64,000 bases of DNA from Clostridiales bacterium (GCA_017513085.1 JAFWDK010000016.1:60766-124765); one strand, 5' to 3'; counted from the stretch's first letter, positions 38,062 to 48,459 are shown. Made by a program: numbers and translations. The notes: generated by a model not told the origin, from the letters alone.

Positions 38062-39474
38062 TCACATACCGCTTGTACGCTTCTTGTCCGGCTGGATCAC
38101 ATGAGAAGCACGGGAACGGTTCTTCTTGGCCACCCAGTTCTCCTTGACGACCTGCTGGGATCTTGCGATAGCAAGGCCAAGTTCCGGCACATCTTCCGTA
38201 ATTGTCGATCCGGCTGCTATGTATGAGTTCTCTTTCAAAGTGACCGGAGAGATCAGGTTGCTGTTACCGCCGATAAATACATTATCACCGATCACGCACC
38301 AGGTCTTATCCATACCATCATAGTTACAGGTTACCGTACCGCAACCGAAGTTGACGTTCTTGCCGACCTTCGCATCACCGACATATGTCAGGTGACGGGC
38401 ACGGGAATAATCATCGATCGTCGCATTCTTCACTTCAACATATGCACCGATCGTAACATTATCTTTCAGGACCGTATCCGGACGCAGATGTGAATAAGGT
38501 CCGATACGGCAGTTCTTGCCGACTTCACAGTTCGAAGCGATAGAGTTATCGATCGTTGTTCCGTCTCCCACGATCACATTCTCCAGACGGCTGTTCTCAC
38601 CGATCACACACTCGTCGCCCAGCACGGTGTTTCCAAGAAGGATCGTCCCCGGAAGAATAAGTGTGTCTTTACCGATCTTGACGGTATCTGCGATCCATGT
38701 CGTCTCCGAATCCACGATCTGTACGCCTTCACGCATCAGTTTGTTCAGGATCCTTCTGTTGAGCATCTTGCCCACCTGCTGAAGTTCCACACGATCATTC
38801 ACACCGCGTGTTTCATCAAAGTCCGCTACAAAAGCGCCGACCTTGTGTCCGTCATTAATGATGATCTCGATCGTATCCGTAAGATAGTATTCTTTCTGTG
38901 CATTCTTGGAATCGATACGTCCCAGCGCGGAAAGTAAGAACGGTGTTTTAAAACAATAGATGGAAGAGTTGATCTCGCAGACTTTTCTTTCTTCCTCTGT
39001 GCAATCGCGGTCTTCCACGATTTTCATGACATTGCCGTCTTTGTTACGGATCACTCGTCCGTATCCCTTAGGATCCGGTGCGATACCCGTGATGACCACG
39101 GCGCCGTAATCGCCTTCTTCAAACATTTTCAAGGCCTGGGAGATCGTATCGGAAGTAATAAGCGGTGCATCACCGGGAAGCACGATCGTGCATCCGTTTC
39201 TTCCTTCAAGGAAAGGAGCAGCCTGCATCACGGCATGTCCGGTTCCTAATTGCTGCTCCTGAAATACAAAAGCAACGTCTTCTCCTAATACTTCGCGGAC
39301 TTCTTCCTGACAATGACCGACAATATATACCTGCTCGGTCGCGCCGACTCCTGCCAACGCATCGGCCACCCAACGGATCAAAGGTTTTCCTGCTGCCAGT
39401 TGCACTACTTTTGAGTGATTCGAATGCATACGCTTACCTTCACCCGCTGCCATAACTACTGCACAAAGCTCCAT
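38062..39474 (-). CDS. glmU: Bifunctional UDP-GlcNAc pyrophosphorylase / GlcN-1-P acetyltransferase
   Basis: AAGEGKRM, QLGTGHAV, EYYLTD, GVNDR, hexapeptide repeats, HLTYVGDA, NYDG. Confidence 0.96.
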   Translation of the reverse strand: MELCAVVMAAGEGKRMHSNHSKVVQLAAGKPLIRWVADALAGVGATEQVYIVGHCQEEVREVLGEDVAFVFQEQQLGTGHAVMQAAPFLEGRNGCTIVLPGDAPLITSDTISQALKMFEEGDYGAVVITGIAPDPKGYGRVIRNKDGNVMKIVEDRDCTEEERKVCEINSSIYCFKTPFLLSALGRIDSKNAQKEYYLTDTIEIIINDGHKVGAFVADFDETRGVNDRVELQQVGKMLNRRILNKLMREGVQIVDSETTWIADTVKIGKDTLILPGTILLGNTVLGDECVIGENSRLENVIVGDGTTIDNSIASNCEVGKNCRIGPYSHLRPDTVLKDNVTIGAYVEVKNATIDDYSRARHLTYVGDAKVGKNVNFGCGTVTCNYDGMDKTWCVIGDNVFIGGNSNLISPVTLKENSYIAAGSTITEDVPELGLAIARSQQVVKENWVAKKNRSRASHVIQPDKKRTSGM

Positions 39475-39762
39475 GTTTTACATTCTCCTTAAAAAATCGA
39501 TTATGCACAAAGAAGCCCCGGATCTTCATATCGGGAGGGGATGTATTTCCTTCTTCCGACAACCTTGGTCCGGCGTTCCTTCTATCATCTTTTTTTGTCA
39601 GTTTCTATTATAACGTTTCCAAAGCATTCCTTCCACACCCAAACAGCACTTTTCATAGAAAAGAAACAAAATGAAATTCACATGTCATGGAAAGAGTGAG
39701 CGTTTTCTGTTACTATGTAGAGGGGGAATATAAAAATACGTTGATATTGGAAAGGATTCTAC

Positions 39763-40551
39763 ATGATAGCTCTACTACTCGTTGCCGGATATGCAACCCG
39801 TTTATATCCACTTACCATCGATACGCCGAAACCGCTTCTTCCTGTCGGACCGAAGAAAATGCTCGACTATATCACGGATGAGATCGACACGCTTCCGTCC
39901 GTTTCCAAGATCCTTCTGGTCACCAATCATCGGTTCGCCGATCATTTCCGGAAGTGGGCAGACGATCGTACCCGTGCCCAGCAGGAAACTTTTGCCGGTA
40001 CAGACAAGACAGTCACGCCGATCGAGGTCATCGATGACGGAACGACGGATAATTCCAATCGTCTCGGCGCTATCGGAGACATCCAGTTTGTCATCGATAA
40101 GTGCGGAGTTAACGAAGACATGGTCATCATCGCCGGAGATAATCTTTTCACCTATAAACTCCGTGACATGTATGATTTCTTCATGGAGAAGAGAAAGGAT
40201 ACTTTGATCGCCATCCATGTGGAAGAGAAAGAACAGCTTCAGAAGCTGGCGGTCGCAACACTCGACGAAGACGGCAAGGTCTTGGATCTCGCCGAGAAGC
40301 CGTCCGAACCGAAGTCCACCACGGCGATCTATGCGACATATTTTTATCTGAAAGAAACATTGCCTCGTATCCGTGAATATCTTGACGAAGGCAATACACC
40401 GGATGCTCCGGGCAACTTCCCATCCTGGCTCTACACCAGACAGGATGTTTACGCCTACCGGGCCAAGGGAAACTGCATCGACATCGGAACACCGGAAAAC
40501 TACAAAGAAGTCTGTGACAATTATCAGGAGATCCTGGGCATTAAGGAGTAA
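39763..40551 (+). CDS. Sugar-1-phosphate nucleotidyltransferase family protein
   Basis: AGYATRLYPLT...PKPLL, AGDN, EKP, DIGT; sugar specificity unknown. Confidence 0.85.
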   Translation: MIALLLVAGYATRLYPLTIDTPKPLLPVGPKKMLDYITDEIDTLPSVSKILLVTNHRFADHFRKWADDRTRAQQETFAGTDKTVTPIEVIDDGTTDNSNRLGAIGDIQFVIDKCGVNEDMVIIAGDNLFTYKLRDMYDFFMEKRKDTLIAIHVEEKEQLQKLAVATLDEDGKVLDLAEKPSEPKSTTAIYATYFYLKETLPRIREYLDEGNTPDAPGNFPSWLYTRQDVYAYRAKGNCIDIGTPENYKEVCDNYQEILGIKE

Positions 40552-40576
40552 ACGATTTCACTCTCCGGACATAAGA

Positions 40577-40612
40577 AAGGGAGCCGTCTCAACGTTTTGA
40601 AACGGCTCCCTT
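40577..40612. terminator. Bidirectional intrinsic terminator
   Basis: AAGGGAGCCGT-loop-ACGGCTCCCTT between convergent genes. Confidence 0.8.
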
Positions 40613-40639
40613 GTTTTTCATCCTTATCAGATGGTTTTC

Positions 40640-41230
40640 TCAGAACGGCTTCTTATCGTTTGCATCCTTGAGGACCATGCTCTGGAAATATCCGACCACA
40701 TTGTCATTTTCCACGAATACAAATGCATAGTCCGCAGATTCCGTTCCTTCTGCGATCGTAAATGTCAGTTTCGTTTCCGTATCCTCGCTTGCAGAAGCAA
40801 CATCGATCGTAGCCGTAGCAACTGCGCTGCTCTTCTTCCAGCGGAAATCTTCCGCGATAGGAAGCACATAGAGTGTGAGCTTGGAAGCATCTTTCGCCTG
40901 ATATTTGACTATAAGATCCGTCTTTTCGCCAACTACGAACGAGGCGTTGAGAAGTTCTTCTTCGGTCGTTGCTTTTGTATACGAAGAGATCCGGATATTG
41001 CCCGGTTCCAGAGGCTGGATCAGGTCGAGTTTTCCGGCATCCTTATCACGCGGATCCGTCTTAAGTTTAGCGATGAGCAGATCGCTCAGGTCAATACTGG
41101 TTTCGGTGGTTGTATCTTCCGTGGTTTGCGTAGTTTCGGAAGAAGTCGTCGAAGCTGTCGTCTCCTTCTTCTTGCAGGCCACTGACATGATCATTGCTCC
41201 GAGAAGCAATACTGCAATTACCTTTTTCAT
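40640..41230 (-). CDS. Hypothetical lipoprotein (Thr/Ser/Glu stalk plus beta-rich domain)
   Basis: AAGGAG RBS, SVAC lipobox; shares LxLYV-x4-ED[FY]xWxK and YxFVF with the 58218-58844 product. Confidence 0.75.
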   Translation of the reverse strand: MKKVIAVLLLGAMIMSVACKKKETTASTTSSETTQTTEDTTTETSIDLSDLLIAKLKTDPRDKDAGKLDLIQPLEPGNIRISSYTKATTEEELLNASFVVGEKTDLIVKYQAKDASKLTLYVLPIAEDFRWKKSSAVATATIDVASASEDTETKLTFTIAEGTESADYAFVFVENDNVVGYFQSMVLKDANDKKPF

Positions 41231-41303
41231 ATGTATTTCTCCTTCCTTCTTTCAAAAAGAATTGTACTATTTCTTGTCTTGATCAGCAACTTTTGCCTTC
41301 AAC

Positions 41304-41336
41304 TATATGACGACGGAAGGATCTTTTTCGTTGCAA
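41304..41336 (-). promoter_or_regulatory. ECF-sigma-type promoter, copy 3
   Basis: Minus strand TTGCAAC-N17-CGTCATATA. Confidence 0.65.
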
Positions 41337-41401
41337 AAGCGCCCGCCGCGCCTCCTTTCGGCGGCTCGACGGGCGCCCTGCCTGTTTTACCCGGATCAGG
41401 C

Positions 41402-42037
41402 CTACTCTTCTTTTTTACTCAGGAAACTGTGGAGCGGCAGATAACAAAGGAAGGCCACGATCGAAACCGTAATTCCCTTAAAGATATTAAACGGAACGAA
41501 TGTCATCAGGATCACGTCCAGTTTTGTCTTAATACTAACGATCGTATTGGCTTTGTCACACATGTCGATGATTGCCGGCATCGGAAATCCCATAACTTTT
41601 TCATAGAGCGGCAGGCTGAAGAAATAGTTCACAAAACAGGTAGCGATCGTCAACGCAATCGTACCGAACACCAAAGAAAGGACAACACCCTTCTTGCTCT
41701 TCATCTTGCAGTAGATCATCGCGCCGGCAAATACGAAAATACTTCCGGAAATGAAGTTTGCCACCTCGCCGATATATTGGGTACCGGAAAAAGGCATATG
41801 GATCAGGTTCTTTAAAAACTCCACGATCACACCTGCCACCGGGCCACACGCGAAGCCTGCAAAAAGAGCCGGAATGTCGCTGAAGTCATACTTGAGGAAT
41901 CCCGGCATCAAAGGAAGCGGGATCTCGAGCATCATCAGGACTTCCGCCAGAGCAGTCATAATACCCGTCAAAGCGATCATGTAGATCATGGACTTTCTCT
42001 TTCTGTTCTGCTGTTTGAGTTCTTTCGTTTCTGTCAT
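41402..42037 (-). CDS. ribU: ECF-transporter S component for riboflavin
   Basis: FLKYDFSDIPAL...GP.AG..VEFLKN...GEVANF...PFNIFKG; lies downstream of an FMN riboswitch. Confidence 0.9.
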   Translation of the reverse strand: MTETKELKQQNRKRKSMIYMIALTGIMTALAEVLMMLEIPLPLMPGFLKYDFSDIPALFAGFACGPVAGVIVEFLKNLIHMPFSGTQYIGEVANFISGSIFVFAGAMIYCKMKSKKGVVLSLVFGTIALTIATCFVNYFFSLPLYEKVMGFPMPAIIDMCDKANTIVSIKTKLDVILMTFVPFNIFKGITVSIVAFLCYLPLHSFLSKKEE

Positions 42038-42179
42038 TTTCTGTTACCTCATCTTTCTCCTGACAGGATCGATTCTCCGTAAGCATCAAAAAAACGACCT
42101 CCCTCTTCGGGCAGATCGCTCCAGAAAATTCATCATTTGCCGGAATGGCCCGATGACTCGGTCCAATCGCAGCTATCGA

Positions 42180-42321
42180 CTCTTCTTCCATCCGGACTAT
42201 AACCGTCGGCACCGGATTCTCACCGGTTCTGCTATTGCTCGCGGGCTCGCTCCCTCCCATCTATTCTGGTGCTATCGGAATCATCACCGCCGGTGGGGAA
42301 TTACGCCCCGCCCCGAAGTTA
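42180..42321 (-). ncRNA. FMN riboswitch (RFN element)
   Basis: Minus strand CTTCGGGGCGGGGCGTAATTCCCCACCGGCGGT...AGCCCGCGAGC...GCAGAACCGGTGAGAATCCGGTGCCGACGGTTATAGTCCGGATGGAAGAAG. Confidence 0.95.
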
Positions 42322-42328
42322 CGACAGC

Positions 42329-42357
42329 ATTATAGGACACACCCTCCTTTCCGTCAA
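42329..42357 (-). promoter_or_regulatory. Sigma-A promoter for riboswitch-ribU
   Basis: TTGACG-N17-TATAAT. Confidence 0.8.
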
Positions 42358-42428
42358 TACACTTTTTTGTCCGCAAACAGGGAATTTGCGATATACTGTT
42401 CTTAATTGTAAAAAAGAAAGGCATTCAT

Positions 42429-43352
42429 ATGTTTAAAGCAATTTCGAGAAGCAAAAGGATCGGTATACTTACTGTGGTTTTATCCATGCTTATGGGCGTG
42501 TCCTGCACCGTAAAAGATTCAACAGGCATCGCTTCCTCTTCCGGCACTTCATCTTCTGCCGCCACGCAAGCTTCCACATCTTCAGAAGCAACGACTGCTG
42601 CTTCTTCATCCGAACCGACACCGTCTCCGAGTCCGACGCCTTCGCCATCACCTTCTCCGACAGACACACCTTCGCCGACGCCGACGCCGGTTCCGGAATA
42701 TATCGAACCGATCATCACTGGTGGCGCCGTCTGGTATGACGGATACGTGGATCCAAGGACCGTCCGTGCCGAAATCGTTTCTGATCCGAACAATATTGCC
42801 GTTCTGGTCAACAAATATTATGCCCAGCCGCAATCTTATGTTCCCGAACTGATATATGCCAAATATTCCGCCAACCAGCAGCTTCGGCCGGAAGCCGCCG
42901 ATGCCTGGGAACAGCTTCACGATGCGTGCATGGCTGAGATCGGCGAAGATCTCTATCTTATCTCCGGATACAGAAGCTGGGAGACTCAGACATACAGTTT
43001 TAATAACGCCATTACGAGAAGAGGCCTGGACAAGACCTGCTGTAAGAACGCATATCCCGGAAGATCCGAACATCCACTCGGTCTGGCTTTGGACATTAAC
43101 ATCAAGAGCGATCCGGAGATCCGCGACAATTTCGTCTACACCAAGGCAGGACAGTGGGTCCTCGAAAACGGCTACAAATACGGCTTCATCTGGCGTTATC
43201 CGAAGGACTGCGGCTATATCACCGGATATGGCGTCGAGGGCTGGCACTTCCGTTACGTCGGTATAGACGTCGCCACCGAAATGCACGATAATAACATCAT
43301 GACACTGGAAGAATACTACGGAAAACCACAGGTTTTGCCACATAACGAATAA
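42429..43352 (+). CDS. Lipoprotein, M15B (VanY-like) zinc carboxypeptidase
   Basis: GVSC lipobox, S/T/P stalk, LVNK, SGYRS, SEHPLGLALD, YGFIWRYP, EGWHFRYVG. Confidence 0.9.
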   Translation: MFKAISRSKRIGILTVVLSMLMGVSCTVKDSTGIASSSGTSSSAATQASTSSEATTAASSSEPTPSPSPTPSPSPSPTDTPSPTPTPVPEYIEPIITGGAVWYDGYVDPRTVRAEIVSDPNNIAVLVNKYYAQPQSYVPELIYAKYSANQQLRPEAADAWEQLHDACMAEIGEDLYLISGYRSWETQTYSFNNAITRRGLDKTCCKNAYPGRSEHPLGLALDINIKSDPEIRDNFVYTKAGQWVLENGYKYGFIWRYPKDCGYITGYGVEGWHFRYVGIDVATEMHDNNIMTLEEYYGKPQVLPHNE

Positions 43353-43369
43353 GAAAGGTCCTATCTCAT

Positions 43370-44128
43370 ATGCTCATTACCCGCGATGCCGAGTATCAGT
43401 TCTTCGACGTCGGAACAAAAATCTATAAATGCTATTGCGTCACATTTAAGGACAAAGCCGTTCTTATTGACACCGGCGCAGCTTCAGACCGTTCCACGAT
43501 CGAAGCAAACCTTCAGAAAGATTTCATTTTCGATATCGACGCGATCATCCTGACTCATTCTCATGGAGACAGCGCAGGCAACGCGGAATACTTCTCCATG
43601 CTATATAATTGCCCGGTGTACTGCATCAAGACAGCCGTAGACCTTGTCAAAAGCGGCGTCGCCAGGCTTCCTGCCAAGGATCATCCATACATGAAGAAGG
43701 TCGGCAGCGCCGCAGCTCTTATGCTGAAACTTCCTTCTTTTATTCCGTATGAAGGCTGTCAGAATGTGCTTCCGCTGACAAAAGATATTGTTTCCGAGCT
43801 TCTGGGGCAAGATGCCAGACTCCTGATGACACCGGGACATACCGTGGATTCGATTTCGGTAGCGATCCGCGACGTGGCACTGATCGGCGACTGCGCACAG
43901 TTTAAAAAGCGTGTTCTTGCCCCGATCTTTGTTGACAACGAATCACAGATGGCGGCCTCCTGGGAAAGCCTCCTGCGTCTGAAATGCAAATACTACCTTA
44001 GTGGTCATGGTCGTCCCTGGAATGCAGATGACTGGCTGGGCCAGAAGGAATATAAAGATGAAGAAGACGAAGATTCCATCGTCTTTGAAGAAGAGCCGGA
44101 ACCGGCAAAAGAGAATCCGGATTCATGA
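43370..44128 (+). CDS. Metallo-beta-lactamase-fold protein (variant metal motif)
   Basis: LIDTG, THSHGDS, PGHT, IGD, SGHG. Confidence 0.8.
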   Translation: MLITRDAEYQFFDVGTKIYKCYCVTFKDKAVLIDTGAASDRSTIEANLQKDFIFDIDAIILTHSHGDSAGNAEYFSMLYNCPVYCIKTAVDLVKSGVARLPAKDHPYMKKVGSAAALMLKLPSFIPYEGCQNVLPLTKDIVSELLGQDARLLMTPGHTVDSISVAIRDVALIGDCAQFKKRVLAPIFVDNESQMAASWESLLRLKCKYYLSGHGRPWNADDWLGQKEYKDEEDEDSIVFEEEPEPAKENPDS

Positions 44129-44131
44129 CCA

Positions 44132-45007
44132 TTACATATCCTGGTCTTCAGAGATCGTTCTGCCTGCAGCTTCAACAGCCATGTTCATGATCTCCGATGC
44201 CGGATAACCATTGGAAAGTCCGACGGCAATAGCAGCAGCCATGGCATCCCCGGCGCCGACCGTAGAAACGACATTGACATCCGGGGCCGGAGTAAAGATA
44301 ACATTATCCCGTTCCACGAGCACCGCTCCTTGCGGACCAAGCGTCAGAAAGATCATACGCATATCGTCAGTAAGGAAAGCACGCACACTCCTGATCACGT
44401 CATCCGTAACGATATCAACAGATTTACCAAGCAAAACACCCAGTTCTTTTCGATTCGGCTTGACCACTGTAGGATGTCCCTCCACGCCTTCCAGAAGAAG
44501 CTCTCCATCGGCATCAAGTACCGTTAATGCTCCCTGGTCTCTAGCCAGGCCGATCCACTTACGATACACATCTTTAGGCGTATCCACGGGCGCGCTGCCG
44601 GAAAAGACCACAACATCGCCGGGTTTGACATTCGTGCGGATCTTTTTCTCCATTTCTTCCAGATCCGAAGCCGAAAGTCTGGGGCTGAACTCATTGATTT
44701 CCGTACACTGTCCGGTCTTTCGGTCGATGATCTTACAATTCGTTCTCGTTTCTCCCGGTACCTCGATAAAGTCACAAGGCACACCTTTTTCCAGAAGCAT
44801 TCTGGCGATCTTCTTCCCGGTCGCTCCGGAAATAAAACCCATCGCCGTCGTCTTACCACCCATGCGTCTTACTTCACGCGACACATTGATGCCTTTTCCG
44901 CCGGCCCGGAAAACCACTTTATCCGTACGGTTCAATCCACCCGGAACAAAACCGTTTACAAATACCAATTTATCCATCGCCGGATGTAGCGTTACGGTGT
45001 AGATCAT
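44132..45007 (-). CDS. 1-phosphofructokinase-family (PfkB) hexose-phosphate kinase
   Basis: MIYTVTL.PAMD, GGKGINVS, KPN..EL, STVGAGD. Confidence 0.9.
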   Translation of the reverse strand: MIYTVTLHPAMDKLVFVNGFVPGGLNRTDKVVFRAGGKGINVSREVRRMGGKTTAMGFISGATGKKIARMLLEKGVPCDFIEVPGETRTNCKIIDRKTGQCTEINEFSPRLSASDLEEMEKKIRTNVKPGDVVVFSGSAPVDTPKDVYRKWIGLARDQGALTVLDADGELLLEGVEGHPTVVKPNRKELGVLLGKSVDIVTDDVIRSVRAFLTDDMRMIFLTLGPQGAVLVERDNVIFTPAPDVNVVSTVGAGDAMAAAIAVGLSNGYPASEIMNMAVEAAGRTISEDQDM

Positions 45008-45128
45008 AAAGCCCTCACATAACCTCGTTTATATCAAAAACGTCTTACCTTTTCTTATAGGATACACCAAAAGCACCCTATACGGAAACCATGTATGTCA
45101 AACGGGCGCGCAGTAGCTGTACAGCAGG

Positions 45129-47756
45129 TCAATAGTAGTCCTTCCGGATCCCTTCGATAACGTTCTCGCTCATCACATGTTTCAATCCGAACGCCGTTGT
45201 TGATACGACCATAAAAAGGTGCGCAAAGGCTGTGATCGCGATAAACAGAAGATTCCGCTTAGTGAAGATATCGATATCCAGGAACATCGAAACCAGAAGG
45301 AAAAGTACCGCCAGCACGATCACCAGGATCAGGATGCTTCCGAAGAAACATATCATACTCTCGGTGATCACCATCCGGAAAAGTGTCTTTCTGGACATAC
45401 CCACCGAAGTCAGAAGGATATACTCTTTTCTTCGGAAAAGAATGCTTGTCAAAAGCGTCATGACTACATTCAAGAAACAGATCATGCAAAGAAGTACCGC
45501 AAATCCATAGATCAAAACTTTTGACAGAGCGATCACCGACTCGCGGGCACGGGCATAGGCACCTGCATCGTGCAGGTTTTCATCACTGTGAAGATTCTGT
45601 TGAAGGATCGTTCGCATGGTCTCATATGTCTCTTCCGGATCCTCGGCGCGGAACATGAAATACTCGTACATATTTCTGTACGCCGTGCTATAGTAATCCA
45701 TACGGCTCAAAGGCATATATACCTGTAGCAAAGACGAAGACGAATCCCCCGATGCAATATAGGGTTGCGGGATCATGCTGTTGAGGATGATCTCCACATC
45801 CCTGCCCTTCTCCTCCGAGTATACGTCATCATCTTCAAAGTGCATCGTTACTCCGACCGGCAAGGAACTGTCCTTGAACACCGTTTTATCCAAGTATTTT
45901 CCATCTTCATCCGAAGTGACCTGGTTGTTGGTAAGACAAAGCTTTGATCCGTATGTAAGATAGGGTTCCGGGTCAATACCATTATCCGTGCACAGCCGTC
46001 GAAAAGAACTATCCTCGATAAATAAGAGATTTACTGTGATGTTGTCTACGCCCTCGACATCAGTTACCGCTTCAGTACTCTGATTCAATAAAGAAGAACT
46101 CACCGTTATGTTTTTTCTCGTCTGGAGTATGATCAGGCTGTCTTTAATTCCTTCCAGATCCGCCAAGCGGTAGTAAAGTGTTTTTTCCTCATTATCAAAC
46201 AGATTGTTTCCGAAATAATAGGAATATGTCAGCAGATCCGCATTGGACGAATCCGCTTCCGAAAAGTGACTGGAAATCACGTTCACCAGCGTATTCGTGC
46301 TGAAGATCATAAGTATGCTGAGAAGGATAGAAAGGATCGGTGCATGGTATCTTTTTCTGTACCGGAGAAAATTCTTTACCGAAAGCGCTCCGGTAAAACC
46401 TAAAAGACGCACTCCTAAGCCTCTGGACTTTTTACGCAAAGGTTTGGTCGTAAATACATTATTGACCCGTACTGCCTCGATCGGTGTGATGTTCGACGTG
46501 CGGACCATAGGAACCAGGATCGCCACAAAGATCGTGACGATAGATAGAAGTGCCGGACAAAGCACGCTCTCCATACTGAAGCGATAGCGCAGATCCACAG
46601 TTTGCGACAGAAGAAAAGACCCCGCTTCTTTTACAAAGTTTTCCAGATAATAGAAAAGCACCATAGCACTGAGATTTCCGATCAGGATCCCTATCGGGAT
46701 CGCGATGATAATATAATAAAACGCCTCGGACATCATCAGATTACGGACTTGACGTTTGGTCGCGCCCACTGATTTGAGAAGACCGATGGCGCGGATGCGT
46801 TCCGTGGATGAAGTGGAAAATGAATTGTAGATCAGCATCACAGCCAGCATCAGTATGATGGACAGCGCACTGACCGCCAGAAGATCCAGCCATCGGATCG
46901 TCTTGGTATCATCCGCCGAATCCTTCATACGGATATAGTTTTTGTTATATAAGCAAGCATTTTCCGAGTCAAACATCTCCTCGGAAAATGCGGTGTACTC
47001 AGAAGGATCCTTCAACTCAAAATATGCATTTACAGCGTTCCCGACAGACAGCGACGACGGACCGAGAAGAACAGTATAGCGGGATAGATTCTTCCATCTG
47101 GTATACTCCGGAACAACAAAGTACCCCACCACTTTGAACTCGACCTCACCGATCGAATAAAGCGATTCCGTGCCTCTTCCATCCTTATCACGGTGGATCG
47201 ATTTGAGGTCGTTGACCTTATGTCCTTCCGAGTAACGACTACCATATTTCAGAATGTAATACGAATCCGGATTCGTGTCGATCAAGTCTTTGTTGTCCGC
47301 CAGCATTTCCAATGAAATGATCGCCTCATTTTCATTTTCCGGATATCTTCCCTTTACCAGCTGAATATTGCAAAGATCCGTAAATCCCTGTCCCATGGAC
47401 GCAACCAGAACATTATAATTCTGATAGGCAAGGATATCTTTGGTCTCTTCTTCGGATATATCCTCACCATTGAGGATATATCCCACTTCCTGAACATACG
47501 TTGAACGCCGTATCCGCGAGTCCTTGATGATTTTCTGATAGTCCTTGGATGTCATAGAATATGCTTGCACATGCCAATTGCCATAGTCATCATCACGGAA
47601 ACTCTTAAGAATATCCACGCAACTTGTCCGTGCCGCCAGCACGACGCAAAACATCGCCGTAGCAATAATAATGCCGAACATAGTCAGCATCGTCCTGCCG
47701 CGGTTTTTAAATACGGTCCTTTGGGCGTATTTTCCTACGATATTCTGGTTTCTCAT
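45129..47756 (-). CDS. FtsX-like ABC permease
   Basis: RTMLTMFGIII, IYNSF...IGLLKSVGATKRQ, RRKEY.LL.SVGM. Confidence 0.88.
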   Translation of the reverse strand: MRNQNIVGKYAQRTVFKNRGRTMLTMFGIIIATAMFCVVLAARTSCVDILKSFRDDDYGNWHVQAYSMTSKDYQKIIKDSRIRRSTYVQEVGYILNGEDISEEETKDILAYQNYNVLVASMGQGFTDLCNIQLVKGRYPENENEAIISLEMLADNKDLIDTNPDSYYILKYGSRYSEGHKVNDLKSIHRDKDGRGTESLYSIGEVEFKVVGYFVVPEYTRWKNLSRYTVLLGPSSLSVGNAVNAYFELKDPSEYTAFSEEMFDSENACLYNKNYIRMKDSADDTKTIRWLDLLAVSALSIILMLAVMLIYNSFSTSSTERIRAIGLLKSVGATKRQVRNLMMSEAFYYIIIAIPIGILIGNLSAMVLFYYLENFVKEAGSFLLSQTVDLRYRFSMESVLCPALLSIVTIFVAILVPMVRTSNITPIEAVRVNNVFTTKPLRKKSRGLGVRLLGFTGALSVKNFLRYRKRYHAPILSILLSILMIFSTNTLVNVISSHFSEADSSNADLLTYSYYFGNNLFDNEEKTLYYRLADLEGIKDSLIILQTRKNITVSSSLLNQSTEAVTDVEGVDNITVNLLFIEDSSFRRLCTDNGIDPEPYLTYGSKLCLTNNQVTSDEDGKYLDKTVFKDSSLPVGVTMHFEDDDVYSEEKGRDVEIILNSMIPQPYIASGDSSSSLLQVYMPLSRMDYYSTAYRNMYEYFMFRAEDPEETYETMRTILQQNLHSDENLHDAGAYARARESVIALSKVLIYGFAVLLCMICFLNVVMTLLTSILFRRKEYILLTSVGMSRKTLFRMVITESMICFFGSILILVIVLAVLFLLVSMFLDIDIFTKRNLLFIAITAFAHLFMVVSTTAFGLKHVMSENVIEGIRKDYY

Positions 47757-47772
47757 GCACGGATCCCATCCT

Positions 47773-48456
47773 TCATTTACGGATCACCTCATCGTGCTTG
47801 ATCTTGCCGTCCCGGATCGTAATGATCCTCTTTGCCTGAAGCGCAACATTCTCATCATGTGTGATCAGGACCGTTGTCTGATTATACTTCGCATTCGAAT
47901 ACTTCAGCAGTTCCACCACTTCCTGACTGTTCTTCGAGTCAAGATTACCCGTCGGCTCGTCCGCCAGAAGGATCGTCGGAGCATTGATCAACGCACGTCC
48001 GATCGCCACACGCTGCTGCTGTCCGCCCGAGATCTGATTCGGGAAAAAATCTCTTCTTTCTGACAGCGAAAGAAGATCGAGCAGTTCATTGAGCCGCGCC
48101 TGGTTTACTTTTCTATGGTCAAGAAGAACGGGCATCGTGATATTCTCCACGACCGTCAGGACCGGGATCAGGTTAAAAAACTGATATACCAGCCCGATCT
48201 CTCTTCTACGGAAAATCGAAAGCTGTTCATCTGTCTGTTTAAAAATATCTTTTCCATCGATCAGCACACGGCCGGATGTCGGACGGTCGACCCCTCCGAG
48301 CATATGCAGAAGCGTCGATTTTCCCGAACCGGAAGCGCCGATGATCGCGACAAATTCGCCTTTTTCAATACTCAGCGAAACATCGTCCAGCGCCGCCACG
48401 ATGTTCTCATCTTTACCGTATGTTTTCGTGAGATGTTCCGCACGCAAAATCTCCAT
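47773..48456 (-). CDS. ABC transporter ATP-binding protein (LolD/MacB-like)
   Basis: [32 protein letters not shown]. Confidence 0.94.
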   Translation of the reverse strand: MEILRAEHLTKTYGKDENIVAALDDVSLSIEKGEFVAIIGASGSGKSTLLHMLGGVDRPTSGRVLIDGKDIFKQTDEQLSIFRRREIGLVYQFFNLIPVLTVVENITMPVLLDHRKVNQARLNELLDLLSLSERRDFFPNQISGGQQQRVAIGRALINAPTILLADEPTGNLDSKNSQEVVELLKYSNAKYNQTTVLITHDENVALQAKRIITIRDGKIKHDEVIRK

Positions 48457-48459
48457 ATG

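Noticed and set aside
39510-39580. Canonical glmS ribozyme
   Set aside because: Core AGCGCC and GACGAGG elements are not intact and the downstream gene is glmU; kept only as an unassigned structured-leader candidate.
42245-42285. Extra sequence inside the FMN riboswitch as a novel element
   Set aside because: It lies in the length-variable P3 region, and the conserved core segments are present.
42429-43352. Vancomycin-resistance gene cluster
   Set aside because: Only a lone M15B peptidase; no vanH, vanA or vanX nearby, so most likely a housekeeping cell-wall enzyme.
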